Source: Candidatus Kaiserbacteria bacterium (GTDB lineage Bacteria > Patescibacteriota > Minisyncoccia > Phycocordibacterales > UBA2100). From it: a stretch of 64,000 bases of DNA. The stretch's first letter is position 1, and every line of letters starts with the position of its first letter. The stretch lies in assembly GCA_016432285.1 (NCBI GenBank), contig CP066682.1, positions 15,026 through 79,025 of the forward strand. The letters run 5' to 3'. The notes under the pieces were generated by a model, which did no database searches, was not told the DNA's origin, and saw only the letters and a program-made list of their open reading frames with translations. Of the stretch, positions 1 to 12,133 are shown in pieces. The position numbers and the translations under genes were made by a program.

Positions 1-571
1 CGCATTTTTTGCGAAGGCCGCACACACACTCTTTCGACGAGAGAACGTGTGCAATTTGTATTGTCTTCTAACTGACTAATAACTGAAGACAACTAATAAT
101 GGGGCTTACGCCCATTTGCTAGCCCACCGCATTTCTGCGATGAGGTTAGCAGCAATAGTGTTGGGACATTCGGAATTTCTGCAACTCACCGGAACGTATC
201 TCCCATTTCTGGAATTCAATGAATCTTCACAGGCTCGTGCCTGTGCGTTTGTTTCTCTATGCAAATGTCAACGAACCAAACAGAGAGCGCTGTAGCCCCC
301 TGCCTTTCAATGCCTCATCAAAGAAGCATCGGGACAATTATATATCAGCAGGGTTTAAGCGCTAATTCAGCGTATTCTCCGTTTTGTGGATAACTTGTGA
401 TGAAAAATGGCCCGTTTTGGGGGCCTTTTTCCGGGTCACTCGTTACGGCGCCACAATACCCTCCCACCGAGCGGGAGTCAATTGTATTGACGGGCCCTGT
501 GGAGAAATCTTTCAGGCCTTCATCTCTATTTAATGGAACAGCCCCCCGGAAGCGCACCCGGGCGTCAGCCC

Positions 572-1309
572 TTACTGTACGAGGGAGTACCTGCTCCAGC
601 GCTTATCTCCCGTCCTTTTGACCCGTCCGAGAGCGATGAGAGCTGCGAGCTCGCGCTGGATCGTCTTTTCGCTGTATTCCGGCAGGTTCGAGGCGATGTC
701 CTTGATACCGAGCTCACCGCGAGAGCGCAGAATGGCGAGTACTCCCTCGCTGCGTGTCCCTGAAGAAGCAGCTCTAACGGACACCGATCTTCGCGGCGTG
801 TCCTTTATCGCGATTCCGCGTGGCCGTGTTGCGTCCTTGTCCGTTAAACTCTCCGAGAGGAGTTCCTCCCGTTTCAAGACCACGCTCTCCGAGAGCGTGC
901 TGCGCTGCGCGGCAAACAGGAAATTGCTCAGTTCATCGAGCGCCTCGGAGAGGATGGAAGTGTTTTGCTGCGAAATGTAACCGGAGACCGCGAGGATCCG
1001 CACGAGCGAGACGAGCTCCCGGGTCGAGCTGATTGTCCGTTTGAATGGGTGCGATTCGCGGGAGCGAAGCTCGTCTCGGAGCTGTAGGACATTCTCGAGC
1101 AGTTGAACGGCCTCCCGCCGGAGCGCGGTTCGCGCCGGCTCATCCGACGGGATGTGGTTGGTGATGAGGTGGAGGGCCGCGACGATGCGTTCGGCTCTGC
1201 GGTAGGCCCGCTCGGCCGATACGTTGCGTCCAAAGGGCTGGATCCGCGTCCGCTCGTCCAAGATCTCGGCCATATCGGTCCTCCTCTGTATGTCTCTTTG
1301 GTCGTCCAT
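572..1309 (-). CDS. Putative transcriptional regulator with a C-terminal winged-helix DNA-binding domain. The internal Met start was chosen because the long ORF would overlap ftsK.
   Basis: C-terminal motif ...KDIASNLPEYSEKTIQRELAALIALGRVKRTGDKRWSRYSL resembles a wHTH. The rest is helical with no recognised family. It is divergent from ftsK. Confidence 0.4.
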   Translation of the reverse strand: MDDQRDIQRRTDMAEILDERTRIQPFGRNVSAERAYRRAERIVAALHLITNHIPSDEPARTALRREAVQLLENVLQLRDELRSRESHPFKRTISSTRELVSLVRILAVSGYISQQNTSILSEALDELSNFLFAAQRSTLSESVVLKREELLSESLTDKDATRPRGIAIKDTPRRSVSVRAASSGTRSEGVLAILRSRGELGIKDIASNLPEYSEKTIQRELAALIALGRVKRTGDKRWSRYSLVQ

Positions 1310-1454
1310 TGTGTGTTCCTGACGTGTACGTTGCGTGTCCGATTCGACGCATTTGGGATTATATAGATACTTTTCGTGACCGCAATCACGCCCTTCCGTG
1401 CTGTCCTTTAGAGCACTGCGCATCGCGCACGCGATGCGATGGTATGATGCTGCT

Positions 1455-3686
1455 ATGAAAGAGCGCCGAAAAAACGGCAAACAGAAGAAAATCGATCGAG
1501 AATCGCCATCTGCCATCTCGCGCATCAGCGGGGAGGCACTGCGGGGGGTCTCGGCGATTTTTTTTATCGCGATCGCCGGATTTCTCGTGCTCGCGAGCTT
1601 TGAAGTGGGCGGCGCCGTCGGCTCCGTACTCTACGAATGGCTCTCGTGGCTCCTTGGCGTAGGGTACATGCTGCTGCCGCTCTCCCTGCTTCTGCTTTCG
1701 ATCATCATCCTCCGCTCCTTTGAGCGGCACTTCGGAGCGGTCCAGCTCTTTAGCATGGCCGTCTTCCTCTTTTCGGCGCTCGCACTCGTCAACCTCGCCT
1801 TCCCCGGCAAAGGCGGCGTCTTGGGGAGCGCGATCTCGCGCCCACTCGTAAGCGCCGTCGACACCACGGCAACTGTCGTCTTTCTTTTGGCGTTCGTGAT
1901 CGCGGCCTTGATCATCGCCTTCGACATTCACCTCGGTGCCGCTTGGGGCTCGATCCGCGATCGCTTCCGCAAAAACGAAGAATCGGACGATTCGCTGGAA
2001 GAAACCGACATTGAAGACGTGCCGGTCGTCGGTTTGGCGCCAGAAGAGGAAGAGACCGAGGTCGAGGTGGAAGCGGAACCGCAACAAAAGGAGGAGCCGA
2101 AGAAAAACACGATTACCTCCTTCCTCGAGCGGGCGCAGTCATCCGAAGGCTTTCCGATCATCGCCGCGACCGGCAGCACGTACACTCCCCCGCCGGTTTC
2201 GATCCTCGCAAAAAATAAAGGAAAGCCCGAGGTGGGAGATGTGAAGGCCAACATGAACATCATCAAGCGCACGCTTCAGAACTTCGGCATTCAGGTGGAA
2301 ATGGACGAGGCTTCGATCGGCCCCACCGTCACGCGCTACTCCATGAAACCGGCGGAGGGCGTGCGGCTCTCGAAGATCGTGGCGCTTCAGAGCAATCTCG
2401 AGCTCGCGCTGGCCGCTTCTCCGGTGCGCATCGAGGCGCCGATTCCCGGCAAATCACTCGTCGGCGTCGAAGTGCCCAACATCTCTCGCACCACGCTTGG
2501 CATGGCGCCTCTCATCACCGACGATGCCTTCTCCGCATCGGACAAGCCACTCCTTTTGGGACTCGGCCGCTCGATTACGGGACAGCCGCACTATGCAGAT
2601 CTCGCGCGCATGCCGCACCTTCTGGTGGCGGGTACGACCGGTGCCGGCAAATCAGTGGCGATCAACGACTTCGTGATCTCGCTCCTCTACCGCTGCGGCC
2701 CGGAGCGCCTCAGATTTATCATGGTCGACCCGAAGCGGGTGGAACTGACGCTCTACAACTCCATCCCCCACCTCCTCACGCCCGTCATCACGGATGCGAA
2801 GAAGGCGATCCTCGCGATCAAGTGGCTCGCCAAAGAAATGGAGCGGCGCTACAACATCCTCGAGACTGAGCAGGTGCGCGACATTGCTTCGTACCATGAA
2901 AACGTGGTCGCACCCGCGATCGCGAAAGCGAGCGACGGGTCGGAAGAAAAAATGCCGGAAGCGATGCCCTACATCGTGCTCATCATCGACGAGCTCGCGG
3001 ACATCATGTCGACCTATCCGCGCGAGCTCGAGAGCGGCATCGTGCGCCTCGCGCAGATGAGCCGCGCTGTCGGCATCCACCTCATCCTCTCGACACAGCG
3101 GCCGTCGGTGAAGGTGATCACGGGGCTCATCAAAGCCAACATCCCGGCGCGCGTCGCGCTCCAGGTGGCCTCGCAGATCGACTCTCGCACCATTCTCGAC
3201 ACGGGCGGCGCCGAAAAACTCCTCGGTGCGGGCGACATGCTCTTTCTCTCGGGGGAAATGAGCAAGCCGCGCCGCATCCAGGCGCCGTACATTTCCGAAG
3301 ACGAGGTCAAGAAGGTGGTCGCGCACATCGCCAAACAGTCTGTCGGGGAACTGACGAGTGAGATCGATTTCACGGAGCGCGGACAAGCGGGCGGCACCGA
3401 TGCGATCTTCTCCTCCATGATCGGCGAGGAAGAGAGCGACGACGACGAGCTCTACCCCGATGCGAAGCGGACTGTCATCGAAGCCGGAAAGGCCTCCACC
3501 TCGTACCTCCAGCGCAAACTCGGTATCGGATACGCGCGCGCGGCGCGGCTCATGGATCTTTTGGAGGAACGCGGCGTGATCGGCCCGGCGGACGGCGCGA
3601 AGCCGCGCGATGTGATCGGCGCGGGCAATGCGGACGAGCTTGTAGAGGCCGCCGAAGCCGCGGAGGCGGAAGAAGAGAATCGCTAA
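1455..3686 (+). CDS. ftsK: DNA translocase FtsK/SpoIIIE
   Basis: N-terminal TM helices, an acidic linker, then a motor domain with Walker A (GTTGAGKSVAIN) and the conserved FtsK gamma-like C-terminus. The track ORF starts at GTG 1398; an ATG at 1455 (MKERRKN) is the likely start. Confidence 0.9.
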   Translation: MKERRKNGKQKKIDRESPSAISRISGEALRGVSAIFFIAIAGFLVLASFEVGGAVGSVLYEWLSWLLGVGYMLLPLSLLLLSIIILRSFERHFGAVQLFSMAVFLFSALALVNLAFPGKGGVLGSAISRPLVSAVDTTATVVFLLAFVIAALIIAFDIHLGAAWGSIRDRFRKNEESDDSLEETDIEDVPVVGLAPEEEETEVEVEAEPQQKEEPKKNTITSFLERAQSSEGFPIIAATGSTYTPPPVSILAKNKGKPEVGDVKANMNIIKRTLQNFGIQVEMDEASIGPTVTRYSMKPAEGVRLSKIVALQSNLELALAASPVRIEAPIPGKSLVGVEVPNISRTTLGMAPLITDDAFSASDKPLLLGLGRSITGQPHYADLARMPHLLVAGTTGAGKSVAINDFVISLLYRCGPERLRFIMVDPKRVELTLYNSIPHLLTPVITDAKKAILAIKWLAKEMERRYNILETEQVRDIASYHENVVAPAIAKASDGSEEKMPEAMPYIVLIIDELADIMSTYPRELESGIVRLAQMSRAVGIHLILSTQRPSVKVITGLIKANIPARVALQVASQIDSRTILDTGGAEKLLGAGDMLFLSGEMSKPRRIQAPYISEDEVKKVVAHIAKQSVGELTSEIDFTERGQAGGTDAIFSSMIGEEESDDDELYPDAKRTVIEAGKASTSYLQRKLGIGYARAARLMDLLEERGVIGPADGAKPRDVIGAGNADELVEAAEAAEAEEENR

Positions 3687-3689
3687 ACC

Positions 3690-4094
3690 ATGCTCCCGTA
3701 CCGCGACAGCAGGCTCACGCGCATCACCCTCATCGCCTTCTTCCTCTTGGTCGTCGGGTACGCGTACTTTGAGGGCCGCGGCCTCTTGTATGGCCCCACG
3801 ATTGAGATCGAGGGCCGCGCGATGCAGGTGGAGGACCCATTTATTACAATCGAAGGGCGCGCGCAGCGTGTCCTCTCACTCACCATGAACGGACGGGCCG
3901 TGCCTCTCACCGAGGCGGGCGATTTTAGCGAGCCCTTCGTGCTCGCGCCCGGCTACAACAGAATCCTCCTTGAGGCGAAGGACCGGTACGGCAAATCGAC
4001 TGAGCGTCAGATCGAAATCGTCTACACAGGCTCGCTCGCCACCTCCTCCCACAGCAGCGACACTGCGTCGTCCACCGAATCGATAGCACCCTGA
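3690..4094 (+). CDS. Hypothetical small membrane-anchored protein
   Basis: N-terminal TM helix ([16 protein letters not shown]). It lies 3 bp after the ftsK stop. No recognised domain. Confidence 0.4.
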   Translation: MLPYRDSRLTRITLIAFFLLVVGYAYFEGRGLLYGPTIEIEGRAMQVEDPFITIEGRAQRVLSLTMNGRAVPLTEAGDFSEPFVLAPGYNRILLEAKDRYGKSTERQIEIVYTGSLATSSHSSDTASSTESIAP

Positions 4095-4119
4095 AGCGCA
4101 TCTGATACACTCAGTACTT

Positions 4120-5181
4120 ATGGCATTCACCAAAAAGGAAAAAGTGGCCCCCAAGCAAGTCGGCAAAGGATCGGACAAAGACGTGGAGCGCGCGATCTCC
4201 GAGATCAAAACCAAATTCGGCGACGAAGCAATCATGAAACTCGGCGAGCAGCCGAAGGTCGACGTCAACGCGATTCCCACTGGCTCGATTGGCGTCGACT
4301 GGGCGCTCGGAATCGGCGGTCTTCCGCGCGGCCGCATCATCGAAATCTTCGGCCCAGAGAGCTCCGGCAAAACCACGCTCTGTCTCCACGCGGTCGCGGA
4401 AGCGCAAAAGAAGGGCGGCGTGTGCGCCTTTATCGACGCGGAGCACGCGCTCGACCCGGAGTACGCAAAAAAACTCGGCGTGGATATCTCTTCCCTCCTA
4501 GTGTCGCAGCCGGATACCGGCGAGCAGGCGCTTGAGATCGTTGAGTCCCTCGTGCGATCTGGCAAGATCGACGTGATCGTCATCGACTCCGTCGCGGCGC
4601 TCACCCCCAAGGACGAGATCGAGGGAGATATGGGCGCACAGCACGTTGGGAAGCAGGCTCGCCTCATGTCGCAGGCGTTGCGCAAACTGACCGCGATCGT
4701 CAGCAAAACGAAGACGGTCGTGATTTTCATCAACCAGATCCGCATGCAGATCGGTGTGATGTTCGGCAATCCCGAAACCACGCCGGGCGGCAAAGCCCTG
4801 AAGTTTTACACCTCGGTGCGCGTCGACATCCGCCGCATCGCACAAATCAAAAAGGGCGACGAAACCGTGGGCGGCCGGCATCGCGTGAAGATTGTGAAGA
4901 ACAAAGTGGCCGCACCCTTCCGACAGACGGAATTCGACATGCTCTACGGCGAGGGCATCTCAAAGGAGGGCGAGGCCCTCGCGCTCGGCGAAAAATTCGG
5001 GCTCGTGCAGAAATCTTCGGGCGGCGCTTACACGATCGGCGAAACGAAGCTCGGCCGCGGTTACGACGCCGCCCGCACCTTCCTCCGGGACAACAAGCCG
5101 GTGTTGAACGCGCTCCTCAAAGACATCCGAAAGGCGCTCCAAGAGGGCGGCGTCGCCAAGGCAGCGCCCTCCGAGGAATAG
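4120..5181 (+). CDS. recA: Recombinase RecA
   Basis: Full-length match to RecA, including [10 protein letters not shown] Walker A and the L1/L2 loop regions. Confidence 0.97.
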   Translation: MAFTKKEKVAPKQVGKGSDKDVERAISEIKTKFGDEAIMKLGEQPKVDVNAIPTGSIGVDWALGIGGLPRGRIIEIFGPESSGKTTLCLHAVAEAQKKGGVCAFIDAEHALDPEYAKKLGVDISSLLVSQPDTGEQALEIVESLVRSGKIDVIVIDSVAALTPKDEIEGDMGAQHVGKQARLMSQALRKLTAIVSKTKTVVIFINQIRMQIGVMFGNPETTPGGKALKFYTSVRVDIRRIAQIKKGDETVGGRHRVKIVKNKVAAPFRQTEFDMLYGEGISKEGEALALGEKFGLVQKSSGGAYTIGETKLGRGYDAARTFLRDNKPVLNALLKDIRKALQEGGVAKAAPSEE

Positions 5182-5303
5182 CGAAGGTGCGAGCGGGGCG
5201 TTGCCCCCGAGCGAAAACCATTGTGCATTCCGCACATACATGTATAGTGAGCGGACTATTCGCTTAGGGGGCACGGCAGCGATGACCGACCTCAAAGTGA
5301 GAG

Positions 5304-6689
5304 ATGAAAACAACCGCAAAAAAGAAACGCAAGAACGGCCACAAAAAATTCTGGCAGCTCGGCCGCGAGGAAGTGAACACCGCGCACTTCGACATCTCTC
5401 CCGAAGGGACGCTTATGGTGCGCGAGGGCAACTACCAGTACAACATGTTCGATATCGTCAAGAAGTACGGCACCTCGACCGAGATCTTCTTCCCCACCAT
5501 CATCGAAAACCGCGTGCGCGACCTCATCGAGACCTTCAACGCGTACATCAAGGTATCCGGCTACCGCGGCAAATTTTTCTACCACTACCCCATGAAGGTC
5601 AACCAGAACCGTGAGTTTGTGCTCCCGGCAGTCGCCGAGGGTGCAAATCTCGACGTCGGCTCCGCCAACGAGCTCTTTCTCGTGAAGCGGATGGTGGAGC
5701 AGGAGAAATTCCACAACAAGATTCGCGTCATCTGCAACGGCCCCAAGACGGAGCGCTACATGGACCTCATTGAGGAGCTGCGCGGCAAGGGCCTTGTGGT
5801 GATCCCGATCATCGAGGACCGTGTCGAGCTTGAGCGCATGAAAAAGTTCAAGGGCGAAGTCGGCATCCGCGTCGATCTCAACGTGAAAGTGGACAGCCAC
5901 TGGGACAAACGCTACAACCGCTTCGGCTTTACCGAAGAGGAACTCTTGGATCTCGGAAAAATCCGCAACCTCGCGGTCTTGCACTACCACATTTCGAGTC
6001 AGATCGAAAAAGTGGACGGCTTTCTCCAGCCCTTGAAACGCGCGGTGGCGCTCTACGCGAAGATGCGCGAAAAAAATCCGCAGCTCGACACGATCGACTT
6101 CGGCGGCGGCGCGGGCGTCCCTTACGACAAGCGCAAGCGCTTCTACACCGGCAAGAGCCTCATCAGCCAGATGGTCAAAACCGCCAAGAAGCAGTGCGAC
6201 CGCCTCGGCGTTCGGCACCCCAATCTCGTCGCGGAGTGGGGGCGCTACGTGGTCGCGCCAGCGCAGATCACGATCTACCGCATCACCGCCGAAAAGCAGG
6301 CATACAACAAAGGCGGCAACAGCTGGTACGTGATCGACGGCTCCTTTATGAACGACCTCCTCGACACATGGGCCATCAAGCAGAAGTGGCACGTGGTGCC
6401 GATCAATCACATGCACAGCAAAAAGCTCGCGCATGTGTGGCTCGGCGGCTCTTCCTGCGACAGCGACGACAAGTACACGGCGGGCGGCTCGTACATCCTC
6501 CTCCCGCGTCTCGGAGACGTGGACGAGCTCTACGTGGCCTTCCTCGACACGGGAGCCTACCAAGATTCCCTCGCCTCCCACCACTGTCTTCTCTCCTCGC
6601 CGCTGAAGCTCATGGCCCAGAACGGCGAGATTAAAGTGGTGCGGCGACGCGAGAGCCCCGAAGAGGTCGGCAAGCAATTCGGCTGGTAA
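5304..6689 (+). CDS. speA: PLP-dependent arginine decarboxylase, short SpeA-like form of the alanine-racemase-fold decarboxylases
   Basis: Motifs align with biosynthetic ADC (YPMKVNQ, HYHISSQ, DFGGGAGVPYD), but the protein is only 461 aa. It is first in an operon with CANSDH, CANSDC and agmatinase. Confidence 0.7.
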   Translation: MKTTAKKKRKNGHKKFWQLGREEVNTAHFDISPEGTLMVREGNYQYNMFDIVKKYGTSTEIFFPTIIENRVRDLIETFNAYIKVSGYRGKFFYHYPMKVNQNREFVLPAVAEGANLDVGSANELFLVKRMVEQEKFHNKIRVICNGPKTERYMDLIEELRGKGLVVIPIIEDRVELERMKKFKGEVGIRVDLNVKVDSHWDKRYNRFGFTEEELLDLGKIRNLAVLHYHISSQIEKVDGFLQPLKRAVALYAKMREKNPQLDTIDFGGGAGVPYDKRKRFYTGKSLISQMVKTAKKQCDRLGVRHPNLVAEWGRYVVAPAQITIYRITAEKQAYNKGGNSWYVIDGSFMNDLLDTWAIKQKWHVVPINHMHSKKLAHVWLGGSSCDSDDKYTAGGSYILLPRLGDVDELYVAFLDTGAYQDSLASHHCLLSSPLKLMAQNGEIKVVRRRESPEEVGKQFGW

Positions 6690-6696
6690 CGCGCGT

Positions 6697-7923
<1,227 letters not shown>

Positions 7924-7930
7924 TCCTTCT

Positions 7931-9133
7931 ATGGAAAAGCGCCCGACCTCGACGCTTGATACGTCGAAAATAGCCACGCCCGCCTTCGTGATCGAAGAGG
8001 CGCTTCTGCGGCACAACCTTTCGATTTTGCGGCATGTGAAAGAGAGGACCGGCTGCAAGATGTACCAGGCGCTGAAGGCCTGGTCCACGTGGGAGCTCTT
8101 TCCCGTGGTGCGCGAGTACCTCGACGGCACCGAAGCGAGCTCGCTCAACGAGGCGCGGCTCGGATATGAGGAGTTCAATCATGACGTACACGTGTATGCG
8201 CCCGCATACAAAGATGAGGAATTCGATGAGCTGCTTCGCTACAGCAGCACGATTATTTTCAATTCGGTCGATCAGTGGAAAAAGTTCAAGCCCCGCATCG
8301 AAGCGAGCGGAAAACAGATCGAGTGCGGCTTGCGACTCAATCCGGAAAATATCTCGAAAGACGAGCACGGCGGCCTCTGGTCCCCGACGGCACCTGGCTC
8401 CCGGCTCGGCGTGCGCCGCACGGAGCTTGAGGCAGCGCTCACAGAGGACAGAGACGCGCTTCAGGGAATCAGCGGTTTCCACTTCCACGTCTTCTGGGAC
8501 AAGACGTTGCCGGATTTGCGCGAAGCCGTGCGCGTGATCGAAGATAAATTCGGTACGCACTTTTCCGCGGTGAAGTGGATCAACTTCGGCGGCGGACAAA
8601 TGATCACGAACGATGACTACGACGTGGAGGGACTCATCGCTCTCATCAACGATTTCCAAACGAAATATTCCGTGCGAGTGCATCTGGAGCCGGGCGCCGC
8701 GATCGTGAAGAATGCCGGCGCACTGGTTGCGAGCGTACTCGATGTGGTGGAGCGGGATGACGTGCCGTACAAGATCGCGATCCTCGATATGTCGTTCAAC
8801 GCGCACACGCCTGATTTTCTCCTCAGCCGCGATCTCGACATGCCAGTGCGGGGAGCTCGCGCCCTGCGCGACGAGAAGAAACTGAAAGGACACGCGTACC
8901 GGCTCGGCGGCGGCACTTGTGTGACGGGAGACACGCTCGGGCACTTTCATATCTTCGAAAAATCGCTCCGCGCGGGAGACAAAATCGTGCTGGAGGACGG
9001 CATTCAGTACAACATGGTGCAGTGCACGATGTTTAACGGCGTGCAGCACCCCTCGATCGTATTGTGGAAAGACGACGCGGCCGAAACGTTGCGAGCCTTC
9101 ACATTTGAGGATTACAAGGCGAGAATGGGCTAA
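7931..9133 (+). CDS. nspC: Carboxynorspermidine/carboxyspermidine decarboxylase
   Basis: Alanine-racemase-fold PLP decarboxylase of about 400 aa, with HFHVFWD and GGG motifs typical of NspC/CANSDC. It follows CANSDH. Confidence 0.75.
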   Translation: MEKRPTSTLDTSKIATPAFVIEEALLRHNLSILRHVKERTGCKMYQALKAWSTWELFPVVREYLDGTEASSLNEARLGYEEFNHDVHVYAPAYKDEEFDELLRYSSTIIFNSVDQWKKFKPRIEASGKQIECGLRLNPENISKDEHGGLWSPTAPGSRLGVRRTELEAALTEDRDALQGISGFHFHVFWDKTLPDLREAVRVIEDKFGTHFSAVKWINFGGGQMITNDDYDVEGLIALINDFQTKYSVRVHLEPGAAIVKNAGALVASVLDVVERDDVPYKIAILDMSFNAHTPDFLLSRDLDMPVRGARALRDEKKLKGHAYRLGGGTCVTGDTLGHFHIFEKSLRAGDKIVLEDGIQYNMVQCTMFNGVQHPSIVLWKDDAAETLRAFTFEDYKARMG

Positions 9134-10173
9134 TGGGCTGGAAAGACTTCGATCCACAGGGCGTTGGTCTCGAGAATTCGGGTATTTTTGGCTTGCCGTT
9201 CACTCCGGAGGAGGCGCAGGTGGTGCTGATTCCCGCACCGTGGGGCGTCACGGTCTCTTACGGCGGCGGCACCGAAAAGGGGCCGGAGGCAATCCTCGAC
9301 GCCTCACCGCAAATCGACTTTTTCCACGACAGCTACGGGTCCGACTCTTGGAAGCTTGGTATCAGCATGCTCCCGCTTTCGGAGTGGAAAGACGCGCACG
9401 AGGAAGGCCTTGCGCTCCGCAAGCTTGCCGAAAAACACATCGCTTCCCTCTCCGCGAGCAAAGGGGACGCGGCTCCGGCAGAGATCAACGAGCGGTGTAG
9501 AAATTTCCACGAGCGAATCGAGCGGACTGCCGATGATCTCCTCGCGAAGGGAAAGCTCGTGGGTCTCATTGGGGGCGATCACTCCACGCCCCTTGGCCTC
9601 ATGCGTGCGCTTGCGAAAAAACACGAGTTCGGGATTCTCCAGATCGACGCGCACTGTGATTTACGGGATTCGTACGAAGGATTCACCTACTCGCATGCCT
9701 CGATCATGCACAACGCGCTCCACACCTCGCAAATCACGCGCCTCACACAGGTGGGCGTGCGCGACTACTCGATCGGCGAGCGGGCGGTGATCGAAGCTTC
9801 CGGGGGCCGCATACAGACTTTCTTCGATGCGGATCTGAAGAAGCGGCAGTTCGAGGGCGAACGCTGGTCGGAAAGCGTCGCTGCAATCCTCGCGACGTTG
9901 CCCGAAAAGGTGTACCTCTCGTTCGACATCGACGGGCTCGACCCCGCACTCTGCCCCCACACTGGCACCCCCGTGCCGGGCGGCCTCCAGTTCGACGAGG
10001 CGATCTATCTCATCCGCGCGGTCGCGGAATCCGGCCGGACCATCATCGGTTTTGATGTGAATGAAGTGAGTCCGTCGGAGACTTCGGAATGGGACGCCAA
10101 CGTCGGCATGCGAGTGCTTTGGAATCTCGCCATGTGGTCGGCAAAGTCGAACAACATGAAGCCGCTCGCATAA
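9133..10173 (+). CDS. speB: Agmatinase (ureohydrolase family)
   Basis: Arginase/agmatinase metal-binding motifs GGDHS, DAHCD and SFDIDGLDP are present. It overlaps the nspC stop by 1 nt. Confidence 0.8.
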   Translation: MGWKDFDPQGVGLENSGIFGLPFTPEEAQVVLIPAPWGVTVSYGGGTEKGPEAILDASPQIDFFHDSYGSDSWKLGISMLPLSEWKDAHEEGLALRKLAEKHIASLSASKGDAAPAEINERCRNFHERIERTADDLLAKGKLVGLIGGDHSTPLGLMRALAKKHEFGILQIDAHCDLRDSYEGFTYSHASIMHNALHTSQITRLTQVGVRDYSIGERAVIEASGGRIQTFFDADLKKRQFEGERWSESVAAILATLPEKVYLSFDIDGLDPALCPHTGTPVPGGLQFDEAIYLIRAVAESGRTIIGFDVNEVSPSETSEWDANVGMRVLWNLAMWSAKSNNMKPLA

Positions 10174-10300
10174 AAGTAACCCCATACCGAGGTTTAACCT
10201 CGGTATGGGGTGGGCGGCATGTGTCCTCGCGGGGCAAAAGAACTGTATCGAGCCGGGAAAAAGATGGACAAGCCGGTTTTTTTCTCTACAATGCCGCGAT

Positions 10301-10867
10301 ATGTTGAATTACAACGATGTGAAGCCGGGAGTCGCCGTGCTCGTCGAGGGCGAGCCGTACGTCTGTACGTGGAATAACATCATGCAAAAGCAGCAGCGCC
10401 GTCCGGTGAATCAGACGAAGCTGCGCCACCTCATCCGCGGCAACGTGATCGAGTACTCCTTCCAGCAATCTGACAAACTCCAGGAAGCGGAGATCGAGTC
10501 GAAACCCGCAGTGTTTGTCTTCCGCGATGCGCGCAAAAACGAATGGGTCTTCCACGAGACTAAGGACAAATCGAAACGCTTTTCGGTCGACGATGAAAAG
10601 ATCGGCGATGCCGGGCAATTTTTGAAGCCCGCCATGGAGGTGGATACGCTCGCCTTTGAAGGCAAGCTCTTCCGCGTGAAGGTGCCGATCAAGGTGGAAC
10701 TGAAGGTGGTGGAAGCGCCGCCGGACGTACGCGGCAACACCGCACAGGGCGGCTCGAAGATCGTTACGCTCGAAACGGGTGCCTCACTTACCGTGCCGAT
10801 GTTTGTGAAGGAGGGCGACGTGGTCCGCATCAACACCGACACGGGCGAATACGTCGAGCGCGCATAA
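10301..10867 (+). CDS. efp: Elongation factor P
   Basis: Three-domain EF-P architecture with a conserved C-terminus (GEYVERA). The internal Met (MLNYNDVKPG) was chosen as start. The loop at the usual K34 position reads MQKQQRRPV, with no KPGKG. Confidence 0.85.
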   Translation: MLNYNDVKPGVAVLVEGEPYVCTWNNIMQKQQRRPVNQTKLRHLIRGNVIEYSFQQSDKLQEAEIESKPAVFVFRDARKNEWVFHETKDKSKRFSVDDEKIGDAGQFLKPAMEVDTLAFEGKLFRVKVPIKVELKVVEAPPDVRGNTAQGGSKIVTLETGASLTVPMFVKEGDVVRINTDTGEYVERA

Positions 10868-10914
10868 AACACCCAAGAGAAAGGCCCCGACCGGGGCCTT
10901 TCTCTATATTCTCT

Positions 10915-11112
10915 CTATTTCTGAATGTACGGGAGGAGCGCCATGAAGCGCGCGCGCTTGACTGCCGCTTCCACCGCGCGCTGCTGCTTCGCGGTGAGGC
11001 TCGTGCGCTTGCGGCTCATGATGCGGCCATGCGGGTTGATGAACTGCTTCAAAAGGTCGATGTCTTTGTAATCGACGTGCTGAATGTCATTTTGGGTCAG
11101 GATGTTGCTCAT
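10915..11112 (-). CDS. rpsR: 30S ribosomal protein S18
   Basis: 65-aa protein with the S18 core ([12 protein letters not shown]). Confidence 0.9.
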   Translation of the reverse strand: MSNILTQNDIQHVDYKDIDLLKQFINPHGRIMSRKRTSLTAKQQRAVEAAVKRARFMALLPYIQK

Positions 11113-11117
11113 AGTAT

Positions 11118-11558
11118 TTAAAACGGAATATCGTCGGGGTTAATGTCTTCTTTTGGATAATCGATGCCGGCGCCATTGGAGGGCTCGTCCGCCTCGTGCG
11201 TGTCGTCGCTGCGGCGCGCTCCGCCCCCGCCCGCGCTCTTGGGGCCGAACTGCACGCGATCTGCCACGACTTCGGTGCGATACTTTTTCTGCCCCTCCTG
11301 CTCCCAGCTGCGGGTCTGCATTCTTCCCTCGACGAATACGGAGCTTCCCTTTTTGAGGTACTGCGCTACCGTGTCGGCCTGACGTCCGAAGACGACGATA
11401 TTATGGAAGTCGGTCTGCTCCTGCTTCTTGCCGTCACGGTCACGGTACACGCGGTTGGTCGCCACGCTGAAATTGCAGACGTTCATGCCGGAAGGAAGCG
11501 AGCGAAGCTCAGGGTCGCGCGTCAGATTGCCAAAGAGCATCGCCTTATTGATGTACAT
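11118..11558 (-). CDS. ssb: Single-stranded DNA-binding protein
   Basis: OB-fold SSB with a Gly-rich tail and an acidic C-terminal DIPF. Confidence 0.9.
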   Translation of the reverse strand: MYINKAMLFGNLTRDPELRSLPSGMNVCNFSVATNRVYRDRDGKKQEQTDFHNIVVFGRQADTVAQYLKKGSSVFVEGRMQTRSWEQEGQKKYRTEVVADRVQFGPKSAGGGGARRSDDTHEADEPSNGAGIDYPKEDINPDDIPF

Positions 11559-11573
11559 ACAAAAATGGTAGCA

Positions 11574-12104
11574 CTATTCGGCGGTAATGTCCTGAAGTGC
11601 CTTGTCGAGCTCCTCTTCCGAAACGGGCGCAGCCTGCTCTTCCGTGCGGCGCGGCGTCGACTTGATCGTATCGGTGCGCTTCACCTCACGCAGCGTCGGT
11701 GCCTTGTACTTCGCGCGCGTGTCCTCGCGGACGGTGCGGAAGAGAATGAAGCGGATCACGTCTTTGCTCTGCTTCAGCGCGCTTTCGAGCGCCTTTGCGG
11801 CCGCGACGCTCCCCTCAAACTTGATCCAGCCGAAGTACCCGCGGTCGTACTCGACCCGCTTTCCGGCTTCGCGCCCTTCAATCGCGTACGAAAAGCGCGT
11901 CATCGAAGGCGCTCCTTCGGCGATGAATGAGCCCCCTTCTTTTTCGATGCGGGAGCGCACGCCACCGACCACTTTTTCGATGTCTTCCTCTTTGACTGAA
12001 GGGGCGATGTGGTATCCGACCTCGTAGATGCGCGAAACGGCGACGTCGTTTTCCGCGTCGTTTTCGATCGTCGAGACTTCGTTCTCCGTCATATGTCGCG
12101 GCAC
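11574..12104 (-). CDS. rpsF: 30S ribosomal protein S6, with N- and C-terminal extensions
   Basis: S6 core YEVGYHIAP...FGWIKFEG...IRFILFR. It heads the rpsF-ssb-rpsR operon. Confidence 0.85.
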   Translation of the reverse strand: MPRHMTENEVSTIENDAENDVAVSRIYEVGYHIAPSVKEEDIEKVVGGVRSRIEKEGGSFIAEGAPSMTRFSYAIEGREAGKRVEYDRGYFGWIKFEGSVAAAKALESALKQSKDVIRFILFRTVREDTRAKYKAPTLREVKRTDTIKSTPRRTEEQAAPVSEEELDKALQDITAE

Positions 12105-12133
12105 TTTAGCACGGGAGGCAGCCCCGAGGCAAG

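Noticed and set aside
345-621. Small ORFs 345..557(-) and 397..621(+) in the first 600 bp
   Set aside because: They are short, mutually overlapping, carry no ribosome-binding site and show no family resemblance. The region is more likely non-coding. It remains unexplained (see findings).
5182-5303. Possible terminator after recA (ggggc-gtt-gcccc)
   Set aside because: Only a 5-bp stem with no following T-tract. It is too weak to call.
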